DNA from: Camelus ferus
Taxonomy: Eukaryota
DNA length: 64,000 nucleotides
NCBI RefSeq assembly: GCF_009834535.1
Contig: NC_045705.1
Span: 40,920,001-40,984,000 of the forward strand
Reading direction: 5' to 3'
Below, in pieces: positions 13,307-26,700 of this stretch. Each line of letters starts with the position of its first letter. The stretch's first letter is position 1. The position numbers and the translations under genes were made by a program. A model generated the notes under the pieces. It was not told where the DNA came from and did not search any database. It saw nothing but the letters and a program-made list of their open reading frames with translations.

Positions 13307-15519
13307 GAGTTAGGTATTCCTGCAATCACTGTTTATGGTGGTTAGACTTAATCTCTCTCTCACATGACAAAAAGGAAAAAGCAGGGGCGTTATCACAGAT
13401 GTTGGATGGATTTTTATATGCTTCAGATTTCACTGGGAGCAAAACAGATCTGAAAGAAGAGTTTGAAATTTTCCCTTTGGTCTTAAAGATCAGGATCTCA
13501 CTTCCCAAATCCTGACTCTCTTGTGTATACAGGGAGAGCAAGGTTGAGGACGAGGGAAAGCTCCTGAACTCAAATTTTAATAACTACTTAAATTATAGGA
13601 TATTTAGGATTTATGAAAGTAGGCTCCAAGACTAAAAAAAATGTGAATTAAACTTATTTTAAATTTCCCCCTCATTTCTCTTCTTCACTTTTCCTGAAAT
13701 TTGAAGCTTCATATACTAAAATGCAACTTGTAAAGTTGAGGCACGTGACTAGAAAATTAGAACAGTCACTCTCATTTAAATTAAAGGGCCATACATACAT
13801 TGAATATTTTATTTGCTGCTTACCATATATGGTTGTCTGATGTAGTAAAGTGAATTCACAGGACGTATTTCCTAGGAAAAGAAAAAGAAGGCAGGAGAAA
13901 TACTCAAAATGTTAATAGCACTTGTTTCTTGAGGAGCTTATGGATGCTTTCCCCACTTTTTCTACCTTTCTAAGTCCCATGCACACAGCGGATGCTCAAT
14001 GATATCTTTGATTAAATAGATTTTCTACATTAAGGATATTTTATATCTCTTCTATGTTAAAATTATTTTAAGTAATATAAAATCCATAGATTACTTGTCA
14101 AGGTTAAGAATCTTACAAGTTCTTAATCAATATTCATTAACTTATTCAAACATTTGCAACGTATAGCACAGTGTGAGATACTAAGTATGCATTAATAAGT
14201 TAGATGTATCACTCTTCTCAGAGAACTTACAGTTTAGTAATACCTTTTGGCTCCTCTCTGCCATGGTTTTCTTTGTTCTACTGGTTTTTCCCCACCTGCC
14301 TTTGATCCTGAAGGTATCCAGTGTATTCCTTTCCTAGAGACTGAAGTCATAAACCTTGGCCAACATTCTCCCTAGTGGTGACCAACGAGTTCCCCCTACT
14401 TGTCTTTGTTAAGTCTTTTAACTTCTCTTTTTTTAAGCTACTATTTACAGAGTTCTTCTATATACCCTACATAGTACTAGGCATTTGTACATCTTCTCTC
14501 GTTTAATTCTAACAATAGTCTTTTTAAATTGAAGCATAGTCAGTTTACAGTGTGATTTTAATAATATTCTTGAAAGGAAGCATTATTATTCACATTTTAT
14601 AGTTAACAGGGAACAAAAAAATTAAAGCACAGAAAGGTTAAGCAAGTTGCCGCAAGTCACCCAGAGATAAGAGATAGAGACAGAATTCAAACCCAGATCT
14701 TTCTGATACCAAAGCTTACGGCCTTTAGTTCACACTTCATTCATTCACTTGCTTATTTATTCTTTCATTCGTTCAGTTCACATACTGAGAAACTGTTATG
14801 TCCAAGGTTTTCAGTCCCAGCTCTTAAGATGTTTCAGTCTGATGAAGGAGACAAATAGAAAACAGCAATTCAGTGTGATAACTGCTAACATAATTGTGAA
14901 TAAATTAGTCACTATCACTCTTCTCAAAGAATAAAGATAGGGGTGCAATAATCTAAGGTCCATCCTGACTCAGGTGTGGAATATGGACAGTGAGAGTCTT
15001 CTTTTTGTAAAGCTGAAGGAAAACAAATTCTTTTGGAACAAGTCAGTCAAAAAAAGGTGGCAGGAATGTTCTGTGATTGGATTTAAATATGTGGGGACAT
15101 TTTTTAATGTGGAAACCAACTAGTGAAATTAGTGAATGAGCCTGGGAGGGAGTAGAGACAGAGAGAGGAGATGGAAGAGCAATCCCAGCCTAGAATGGGA
15201 GTAAGAGCACAGGAGGAGGCAGATGTTCATTGACTTTTTACTTAGATGATGAATACGGATGAGAGATGTGCAAAGAAGTCCAAGCAGGCTCCCTGGAAAT
15301 GAGCCGAGGCTAACAGCATTGCTTTTGTGGACTTCTAGGCCATGTGAGCCGGCCAGGATCCTCACCATCTACTTAGAAGCTGCAGCAGTCATGGTGGATG
15401 AGGAAATTTAGGCATCTCGGAAAAAAGTCGGCAGTGATTCTTTGACATATTCGTTTTTAAAATAATGGAATTTTGAAGTAATTTCACCAGAGGGAGACAC
15501 AAATTGCATGGTTGCCTAG

Positions 15520-15910
15520 CCCTTGACTTCTTCAGTGCTCCTGTCTATATCATACCCCATTCTTCTGATAATGAATCACTTCTCCCTGGCCACAGGGTAG
15601 ACACATAATCCAAACAGGCTCAATCATAAGGTCTTACCCTATCCATTCCTGGCCACAGTGAGTGGTCCAATAGGTGGGGACATGACCCAAGCCTGGCCAG
15701 TTACTCCCAGAGCTCTTGCAAGCTGAACCTAGGAAAGAAAGAAGTGCTTTAACTGAGAGGTTGTGATACTGATGCTGCCTGTGGTGCTATCTCCCAGCCC
15801 CTGAGGATGAGGATACGGTATCTGAGTTCCTGGTTCCAGACACTGAGTCCCCAAAGTAACCTGTGTTCCTGCAGGGCTTCTTTAATTCCAGTGAGCTAGC
15901 TAGAACCCAT
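15520..15910. mobile_element. ERVL-MaLR (MLT1-like) solo LTR relic
   Basis: cctggccacagtgagtggtccaataggtggggacatgacccaagcctggcc is typical of MLT1. Boundaries are approximate. Confidence 0.55.
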
Positions 15911-16628
15911 CTCATTAGTGCTTCAGAGCTGACTGGATGCTGGGAGATCGCTGAGCAAGTAACTGAAAAAAAGGCTGAGAAAGTAGTTTGTACTGTGAAG
16001 TGGCAGGAACTGTAACAGGATTTGGGCTTTGGTTCCAGATCAACCTTGGAGGGGTGTCTCCAATCAGCTTATTTTGCTCCTCCCCACATTCAGAACAGAA
16101 AGAGGAAATAGAGCTAGATTACACATCCTCTTAAAAGACCTTGAGAGACAATGGGGGGAGGGTGTTGTTCTAGGTTAGTGGCTCAACCAGTGGGTTGAAG
16201 GTTCTAACATCTGTTTGGGGGAGGAGGCAAGCACTCTAGCTGTTTTCAGTGACATTTGTTAGACACCTGTTGTAGGGTCTTACTCTCTCCACCACCATCC
16301 AGGTTTCCCCTAAACCCACATTAAATCCTATGCTTGTCTTGAGAATGGCAACCTAGTGGGGTTCTCAGGGAGAGTAATGCTGTATGTATTAAATGCGCCA
16401 AAAATGTCTCTGTGGAAAACTTTAAGAATAAATGTTAACTTACCTTCAACTACTTTTTAGAAAAGGAAATTCTACTCTTGATAACATAGCTGAAGCTTCC
16501 CACTTAAAGAAATGATGTCCAGAGTTGCAGTAAAGACTGAAGAAATACTAACTCAGAGCAGAAGTTCTTTAGCCTTATTAGGGAATTCTCAGTTTAGAAT
16601 TCTTAACAGGAAGTATTTCATTTAAAAT

Positions 16629-16678
16629 AAAAAGTCACATTAATTCGACAATAAAATTAAATCATATAATAATTTATT
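16629..16678 (-). terminator. Probable SYTL2 polyadenylation site
   Basis: AATAAA at 16678-16673 on the minus strand is followed by a GU/U-rich element (gtgacttttt, 16638-16629). The 3' UTR also has a UGUAUAUA Pumilio-type element at 16841-16834. A proximal AATAAA is at 17310-17305. Confidence 0.55.
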
Positions 16679-17600
16679 CTAAGGGTTTTTATAAAATACT
16701 TCATGAAAATTATACATATAGGAAGTACAGTATAATTTATCAATTGACATTCTAATTAAAACTTTGTTACAAGGCATGTCTGTGAATACTCCCATGCTGC
16801 TTTCATATAGTAGTTATAAGAAAAACAGAATCTTATATACACAAGGTTTTTGTTTTTGTTTTTACGTACAGGTAACTCTATTACAAAATACAGGCATGAG
16901 ACTTGTTTTAGGAGAAAAATTAAGCCAAAAATGGAATTCCACCTATGGCCAGTGGGTGGCACCAAAGCACATTTGAGACTTCAACACCGGAAAAAGGGAA
17001 AGTTTCTAAAGGCAGAAATACATGCAGTATTCAGTTTCATTGCCCTAACATGGAATTCTATATTTCAATAGAGATTACAGAGTAAATAGTTTTCTTACAG
17101 TCGAATTCTTTATCATCACTGATATTCTACCCGTTTTTCCCCTTGTAGGAGTATCTTTCTGTCATCTTTTCCATGACCAACTTGTTCAGTTCCTGTAAGG
17201 GTTTTCAATGCTCAAGTGGCAGGCCCTCCTAACTGTATTGTGGTGTGAAACACATGATAGCAAACTGAAAAAATTTGCTTATTAACAACATCCTATATCT
17301 AATTTTTATTTTCATTTTTGGCAGCTTTTTCTTTGGCAGCAGCAATGGGTTGATTTTCTTAGCTTTCTCAAACATCTTCTTTAATGTTGGAGTCATGAAT
17401 AAGTTAAACATCTTGTTATTATTTAAATCTCTTGGGCCTTGTAACCAAAGAAGAACATGCAGGTTGACTTTAACATACTGTGTAGCATTTGTTAGTGGCA
17501 GTAGATAAAAGGTGAGGATCTCTGTCAACATAGTCAAATTTTCAAGATCAAATTCCACCTGCTTAGTAGTTTTCAGTGAAGAAGCCAGTGGACTTTGGGT

Positions 17601-17746
17601 TCATTTGGAAATCTTGGCGATCAACAGCATTCTGAGAGGCAGGGTTGCTTCAATCCAAGTGTTGGGGGAATTTACCATCTTTTCCCAGAGAGCAACTTCC
17701 TCTGGAGTGGAGTCCATCCAATCCACTTCAGTACCATAGCTTTTAC
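17601..17746 (-). CDS. SYTL2: SYTL2 terminal coding exon, (G)[47 protein letters not shown]
   Basis: Acceptor ttcccag. The TGA stop is at 17603-17601. Confidence 0.96.
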
Positions 17747-20700
17747 CTGGGAAAAGAGGGAAGCTTTGCATTTAGAAAGGAATAGCTCATTGAGGGGAAA
17801 AAAATAGGTCAATACCTAATTATAATTACCAATGGAAGACAGGAAGAGTTTTAATATCACCAGGAGGGCAGATCTGGGACTCGATATAAGAAAAGAACTG
17901 TTTAACCATCTGAGACATACAACAGTGGGATTATTCTCATTACTGCCAGAGTAATGATTTCTCTTCATGTTTATGTAACAGGTAGATGAGAATCTGTCAG
18001 GTGCATAAGGGAGTAGTAGAGAGGATTCCTGTATTGCGCTGGAGGTGATCTCTAAGGAAGTGTGGCTTTAGTGTCTAACAGACTCAGTTTTGAATCTTGG
18101 CTCTGCCACTTATTAGCTGTTGCTTAATTTTTTGGAACATCAGATTCTCTGGGGATAACATTAATAACAACTCATGGAACTGCTGTGAGGCTTAAATGAA
18201 ATAATGCAAATAAAGCACTCAGTACAGTGACCAGAATATAGCTCTATAAATATTAGTTACTGTTATTACACAAAGCACACTTTTAGCCAGGAAGGGCCAT
18301 AAATGTTGTTTCAGGAATAAGTAACAATGAAGGCTTTTCTGTTTCCCTCCACAATAACTTAAGCTTTGTGCGGACAGACATCGCATCCTGTTAATCTTCA
18401 CATCTAGAGTCTTTGGCACACAGTCTGACACTCCTTCACTCATTCATTTCACTTAACAGAAGCAGAATATCTGTTTTCACTAGGAAGAAGCAAAGCAACA
18501 AACCAACCAATCTCTAGTGTCTCCCAGAAGCATTTGACTCATGGAAAATTAAAACTGTAACAAATGTTACCTGTTCCGAAACCAATCCGAAGACCTCCTA
18601 AAAACTGGTTGGTTAATTTGTAATGGTCCCAGACGGTAAGCTCTATACAGGCTTCCGTCAGATCTTCAGGCCTGAACCCATCGTACACCATGGTGTGGTT
18701 GAAGACAGGGCTGGCGGTTTTCCCTACAGCTCTTGTCTTCTGGCGACTTTTCCTACTTGTATCTGGAAGGATGGTACTAAAAAGGGAACAATATTGTGAG
18801 GGCATTTTAATAAGATAGTAAACATTCGTGCTTTCAGTGCACTTCAGCTACTGAGGACTGGCAGGAGGAACTGGAAGAAAGAAGAGTGTGGAGAGATGGT
18901 GATGGCAGGTGGGGCATCCTGCTGGAAAGACTGTGTGCATGAGAGTGGACCAGACTTGCTTTGAATCCTGAATCTGCCACTTAATGGCTGTGTGTTACAG
19001 GAAATTTACTTAACCTCTCAAGACACTTGCTTCCTCATATGTAGAATGGGAATAGTGATGTCTACTTCATAAGGCTAATGTTAGAATTATATATTATGCA
19101 AACAATTTAGTTCAGTGTCTGCATTTAGTAAGGGTTTACTATGTAGCAATTGTTTGAGGATTCCTTTAAAATTTGGAAGCATGGTCTATTCCTGATTATA
19201 TGTGATAGCCTAAGAACTGTCTTGTACAGAATTGAAAAAGAAGAGAAACATCTCCAACTTGCTAGATTTGACTCTGGGAATAAATTATATATGCAATCAT
19301 TTACATTTAATTTATAGTAATAACTGAATTGACTTTAGCCTACGGTGCCTCTTGTAAAGGCAAGGTCTGAGACTAGTCTTGGAATGGGAGACTGACAAAC
19401 TTACCAGTTGACATCTATGAAGAATATGTACAGGGAAAATCATACATAATGTCATATAAACTTAAATACCTACAACTGGGCTTGTGGTAGAATCTATATA
19501 GATAAAAATTAGTCAAGAGAGAGACAAGACAGCACACTATATCTGTTTAGTTACTATTTTTTAGATACCAGGCATTCCTATTATAACAGAGAAAAAAGTT
19601 TGCCACTTAAAAGCCCAAACTGTCTTAAGCTCTTATGAGCCAACTATTAGTATGGGTCTGTTTAGCAAATAACTTCCCAGATACTTACAAGCTGATAAAA
19701 AAGCCATTTGCAAATGGGCCACAAAACAGGTGCTCTACAAAGGAGCCAAGGGGTGTGGCATCTTACCATTAGACAGTTCATAAATTCTTTAGTACTAAAT
19801 ATTGTCCTCACCAGCAGATGTACCTCCTGGAAAACATCACATATATGAATATGTGCTCTCTGGTTTCAATTGTGTGTGTGTGTGTATACGTGTGTGTGTG
19901 TGTACGTGTGTGTGTATACCTTCTTATCTTTGTGATTTTGAAACTAAACGAAGCCTTGGGAGGGTTCATGTCACAGATCCTTCTAGCTCATGTCATCATT
20001 GTCTCAAGTTATTTCATTTATACTGTGAATGATGAGTTTCAGCATCACAGATGCAGAGAACTAAAACCAACCAGCGGGCCAAGCTATTATAGAACAGAGG
20101 GAGGTAGAGCTATCAATGCTGTTACCATTTAACAAAAGAATTTAGATGGCTGCCCCTTAGCAGTGGTAGATCAAGGCATTCCTTCACCCAGATGTGCACT
20201 TCTCCAGTTGTAGGAAGCTTTTTACCTGTAATAGAAAAAAAAGACAGAAAATGAAATCCCACTGCCAATCCTCTCTTGGCAATACTGCATCCAAAGATGC
20301 CAATCTAAAAATGGTCTGGCACAGCGATGCTGGCTAGAGCTTGATGCTATGATACCAACTGATTATATCTATTCTTAACTCTATCCTTCAAAGTCTGGCT
20401 GTACTGAGCTCAGATAGCTCTATGAAAACAATTTTATTGATTCTAAGTGCATGGTATTACATCATTCTTTCTGGGTTTTGTTTGGTTCAACAAAATCAAT
20501 TATAGATATCAGGTATGTAAATCATCCATTCACAGTCAGATTCAAAACTATTCAATGAAATGCATATACTTTCAAATATTAATACCAATATCAACTGGTG
20601 CTTATGGGAGGCATTTTAAACATATTTGAGTATAAAATAACAAAAACAGGTACTGGTTAAAGTATAGTCACTCTTCTTGTCAAAAGTAGTCACACATTTT

Positions 20701-23700
20701 ACAGGACTACTGTATAGACACATATAAGAGCCAATATTATGGACAGGGAATCACTGAGCGGTTGGCTTAGTCTGAAGTTGTTGACTAGGTTGGGTGCACA
20801 TGGACGGAGGAATACTACCATATTTTTCTGGACAGGTTAACCCAATCAGTCAACCAGCCAGTATTTATGAGCATCTAATGAACTCAGCCCTGTGCTAGGA
20901 ATGTCACTAGATATACCAGAAACACAAGAAACCTATGTCCTTGGGAAATGTTAATAGTTAAGAAAGAGAGATTAACAATAAAGACTATAAAAATGTAATA
21001 TAGAATGAAGTGCCCGGTTATTACTGTAATGTTCTAGAAGATGATGTCATTAATGAGGGTAAATATATTCAGGAAAAGTTTTATGGAGGAAATGGGACAT
21101 CATCTAAGTCTTCGATAGGGTGAGAAGAAGAGGAAGCTGCAGGGAGGAGAAACCACATGTTCAAAAAGTCAGACAAGGTGGAGCCCATCACAACACACAG
21201 TGCCCCTGCCCCCTAGCCAAGAAATGATAGTGGGGAAAATGTGAAATGAGAATGGCAGAATTTCTATGCATGCTGACCATAAATGACAGGGTATAAATTA
21301 TACATAAAAGAATCTGCCTTTTAGAAAGATCCAGAAGTAACAAGTTGGTGGTTTGGCAGCCCTCTGGCCTAAGGATAGGATATGTTTTACTTGCCCTCCA
21401 ATCTTGGCTTTTTTTTTTTTTTAACTGAATTAGAATGCCTTTCTCTAGTTCAGTCACTGTCCTCACCATCCATCATGTCTGTCATCCCACTAGCTGCGCT
21501 GCCTGCTGACTAAAGCATTTGAGTTTGCAACCCCTGATTTCAGTCATAACATTCACATAGATTCTTAAGAAGAACCGTATGGGAACGGACAGCGGGGGCT
21601 AACACTCATTTCCTGACAGTCTTTTGCTCCTTAACTGCGCTGGAGATCTGAGGCCCTAACATCAAGGATGCAATCAGTAATTTGGAAGGGAAAGCTTTCT
21701 CTCCTAAGGAGACTTTGAGAGGAGAGGACAAATGAGCTCAAATTTCTTTGGGGCTTTATATGAATTCTTTCCTGTGGCAAAAAAACAAACAAATGAAAAA
21801 AAAAAAAAAAAAACCAACCAGCAAACAAAAAAACCCACTCTGATTCTATTTGTATCACAGCATTATCAATAAATCCAAATTCTGAGTACAGGAAAGACCA
21901 TTCACACTGTGCAGACACAAACTTTTGGGAGAGTGAACTGAAAGTTAAAACAACAACCATAACCTGGACAGAAAAAAAAAAAAGAATTTTTCTCACAGAA
22001 ACAGAAAGTAGAATAGGGTTACCAGGAAGGGGAACCTGGAGAGGAAGGGAAGAGGGGAGTTGTAGTTTAATGGGTACAGAGTTTCAGATATACAAAGATG
22101 AAGAAGTTCTGGAGAGCTGTTTCACAGCATTGTGAATATACTTAGCACTATTAATGGCATGCTTAATGGTTAAGAAAATTTTTATGCTGTATGTTTTTAC
22201 CACAATAAAAAAAAGAGAAAAATTTCTAGTTTACAACTGTGGATTGACTTGTTTGGTCTATACCACTCCTAAGTCTGTAAGTTTATTTAGGACTTCACCT
22301 TTGAAAATATCATACAACCCTAAGAAATCCTTGGAAAGGGGGGGATAAGAAAAGGGCATAAATCAGGACAGAAAATCACTACATACCAGGAGCTGGCTCT
22401 GGGACATACTGGAGAGCTAACTTCATTTCACCTCTCTTTTCTGCTTCAAGGGCAACTGGTGCTGTCTGAAAAAGGAATGTCAGCAGGTTGAGACAAAAAC
22501 CATTTACCCCATTTGTTAGTACTCTGTTACTGGGCCATATCTACCCCATGTCTGGGACTAGGTATCACTCCTGAGTGCCCTGGATTAAAATTTCCCTTCC
22601 CATCAGAGTTAGACTGTCGCTTTCTATCTGGGAAAGCTATACTGTGTATCTTGGAAAATCTTGCAGGGTACCCAGAAAACATTTCAAGGCTTGTAGTCTC
22701 AGAGACAATGGAGAGACCAGAATGGCTTTCAATGGAGAGGTGTTCTGGGATGCTTTGGTTTTTATAAAAACACGTCCATTTTATTAGTCATTCAGTCAGC
22801 ACATAAAACGACTTGTTTGTATTCTTTTTCTTTGAAGGAGTAAGAAGAGTAGGGGAGGCAACCAAAAAATACATTTTCAAAGCTGCATTAATCAGATTAT
22901 TTTAGACCAAATGAGTAGAATCACAAAGACTGAACAATAATTTTAAAATATATACCTATTATTTTCAATTACAAGTGACAGTTTTACTTTCAAATTCTGG
23001 TCCTTTAGAGCCTTATTTTCAAAACATGGCTGTACAACAGAAATATAAGGGAAGTTAGTTAAAAATGAGATGCTTTTGACATCTTCTGAGGAATTCAGAT
23101 CTAACAAATCTTGGGTAGACCTAGAAATAAGTGCTTCAGGTGATTCTGATGTGATATTTGGGAACCAATTCTTAAGTGGAACTGTTTTATTGTGTAGATA
23201 CTAAATAACAGTTTGTATTAATTGTATGTGTCACTAACAGCTATAATGGACTAGCTAGGATCACACCAACCCTCACACTGAGAACAACTTAAAAAACTGG
23301 ATTAAGAAAATCTACTTGAAGGTGCTGAAGAATTGTTAAGATAGACAGGACTCAAATGGACAAGATGTCGGAGCCTGACATCCTCCGCTTTCCACTTTGA
23401 GGCATTAGCTGATTTTGGCAGCAAATTAAGCCTAGCATAAAAGAGACTGAGAAACTGAGCAGAGCCCAGTCTCACAGGGCTGGGGAGGCAAAAACCGGAG
23501 TCCATGGCCAGCTAAGGAGAGATGGCCTCGAGAAATACTCTAGACCAGTGGTTCTCAAAGTACGGTCCCCCAGGCCAGTAACATCAGCAATGCCTGAGAA
23601 TTTGTTAGAAATGCATACTTGGCTCAGATCTTATTGAACTAGAAACCTAGGACTAAGGCCCAGAAATCCGTGTTTTAATAAGTCCTTTGGGTGAACTGGA

Positions 23701-26700
23701 TACATGCTGAAATCTGAGAATGACTACCTAAGTTTTCAGTTGGAAGTCCTGAAAGACCACAGCCTAGAAACGTAGGCCAACGAAAACTACATCAGACCAC
23801 ATGAAAACTGAACCCCAGCTTCTAGTTAGTCTGGTAATCTAGTCATTAGTGGGCTAAAGTGGTGTGTCCCTAATCTGCGTGTCAGATGCAAAAGATAAAC
23901 TCTCAAGTTATCCCTAGAATTTTTCAAGTTCAATGTCCAGAATGCAGTAAAAAAATGAACAGGCATACCAGAACAAAGAACCAAATGACCAGGTTAAGAT
24001 AAAAACATTGATAAGAGAGATTTACAAATGTTTAAGGTATTGAAGTTTTCAGATACATACTTGAAATAACTTAGATTAACAAAATTCATAAAAATAATGT
24101 TATGATGCAGAATTTTAGCAGGGAAGTGGAATCTACAACAAAATCAAATGAAAATATAAATCTGAAAAATATAGTAATTGAGAACCTGTCCATGGGTGTA
24201 ATAGCAGATAAGAAAATCATTAAACTGAAAGATAGACTAGCAAAAGATAGCCAGCCTGAAGAATAGAGAGGGGGAAAAAAAGAATAGAAAATATAGAGAA
24301 AAGCATAAGAAACAAATGGAACAGAGTGTAAAGATATAATGATCTCAAACTACGGCTAAGCATCCTGAATAAAAATGCAATTTTATAGCAGCTTTCTCTT
24401 ACATGCCAGGCCCCAAACCAATCAACCAACTAAACAAACAAACAGAAAACTCTGAATTTACCTTCCGCTTCAGAGGGTACCACTTCAATTGCTTATTTTG
24501 TTTGTTGTCCCAGTCCCAAGTTTCCAAATCAAGTTCCACTTCCCCTAGGAAACTATTGCGCTTAAATGTATCTCGATGCCAAACAGACACGTTCAGCTTC
24601 TGTGTCTTTAAGATTTGCTTTTCAATTTTATACTGGAGTTGAAAAAAGGAAATTAAAGTGGTAAATAATATTATTTTATGCCAAAGTTATGAAAGAGATG
24701 AAGAAAAAAGTCATCTGTGTAGATCAGGTTTTCTCATCTATTAGGTTTCAAGTCTCAAGAATATTGCAAAGTCATCTTATTCTAAGTGTCTTATTTCAAA
24801 GAGCTAAAATCCATCTTTCACACAGCTGATTTTCTTTCCTCCTTTGGAAAAGCAAACCATGGCTCAAATATCATAGCCGGTAATAGCTCTCTAAAAACAA
24901 AAGACAATTATTCAAGTCGTACTTTTTTAGTTATTTACTTACTGTCTTTAGTTTTTAGTTCTAACCAGATATAACAAATCAAATTCTGTTTAAAAATACA
25001 AATGATGTTTAATCTAATGGTCTGTTTTCTACCCACAAGGTATTTTTCTTAACACACTTTATTTTTTAGAGCAATTTTAGATTCATGCAAAATTGAATGG
25101 AAAGTACAGACAGTTCCCATGTACCACCTGCCCCATATACATACAACCTCTTCCACTACTGGTGTCCTGCAAGGACAAGATATTTTTCAAGAAAGATATA
25201 CATGGTGTTTTGAGGTATTTTTGTTTTTGTTTTTTTTTGGCATCCTAACAGTTTTTCATCTAAAATGTAGTCAAGCCTTGATTATATATAATCATGGAAG
25301 GGATAATAGTCCTTCTAATCTAAAAATAATCTCTATTTGGCTCTATGATACACTACTTGAATGTCCATTTTGGTTGTAGCAGACTTGCCTTTCTCTGAGT
25401 TTACCATTTAAATTAGCTTTTCCTGAGTATGGGGTTGAAGTAGCTGACCTAGAAATAGCCTGGGTACTGAGGTATATCACAGTCAAACTGTAATCAAAAA
25501 CTTGTTAAAATTTACCCATGATGATTGAGAGTTAACTTAATTCTGCCTCTTTTCTCAGAGGATAACCAAATACTTGGAAAGAGTTTTCAGAAGGAGAGAA
25601 TGATCAACATTTCTTATACTAGTAGTTTTAAATAATCCGCTACTAAGGACAAAGGCAGCATGATGCAGTTTGAAGGAAAAAGGAATACAGGTTTTTGAGC
25701 TGGTTATATTCTCCACTCATCTGTCCATCTATCCATCCTTCCAATAAACATTTTTTGGATGCCCATCCCAGACACTGTACTAAGAGTCAACATTTACTAA
25801 GTGTTTAATGCATACTAACCACTTCACACATAGTAACTCTTAATGTTCACAACTACTGAGATAGACAGGTGCTATTCTTTTCTCCCTTTTGCAGTTCTGA
25901 AGTGCAGACGGATTAAGTCATTCGCTCAGGGGTACACAGTTTATCAAACACAGAATTGGTCCCTGCTGTCATGAGACACAATTTAATGGGAAAGCGGACA
26001 ATGAAACCGGTAGTTAAAGTGTGTTAATATAATTAGACTAGGCTAAAACAAGGAGACTGAGGCAGCAGACAGCAGGGAAACTTAGGGGTTAAGGACAGCC
26101 TCTCATAGGAAGAGAGGCTTCTCAGGCTGTAGGTCATTATGGATAGAATATGGGGGAGTATTCCAGCCTGAAGGAACAGGAAGTCCCAGCAGTGTAAGAA
26201 AATACAGTTCCTCCAAAGAGCAGAAAGGAATCAGGACGACTTGAACAAAGACTATGAAAGTGGAAAGATGAGGCCAGAGCTCAGGTTGTCAAGGGGCTGA
26301 CGTGCACATTGAGAAGGATGGACTGGACCTTAAGGGTAACGGAAATCCTCAAAGGTTTTAAGCAGAGAAACAACATGATCAGAATTAGGCTTTTCGGAGA
26401 TTATTTTGGCTGCAAGGCTCAACTGTATCAGCTGTGTATCCTTGAGCAAGTTACTTTCTTTCTCTAAGCTTCATTTGCCTCCTCTGTGAGATGCAGATAT
26501 TAACACCTGCCTGGCAGGGTATGGAGGGAGTGCCTGAGAAAATGCCTACAACATTCATGGTGTATTATCTCTCACAAAGCAGTTTCTCAAAAAAACGCTT
26601 ATTCCTTTCCTTCTTCTCTTTTGGTGACTGACTTCATCTGTAGAGATACTACCCAAGATGCCATGGCCTTTTACATGCACAGGTCACCATTTAAGATTTT

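Noticed and set aside
21631-21996. 121-aa minus-strand ORF with a strong polypyrimidine/CAG acceptor at 21964
   Set aside because: It crosses A/T homopolymers, has no convincing donor and shows no similarity to Slp2 or any other protein I recognise.
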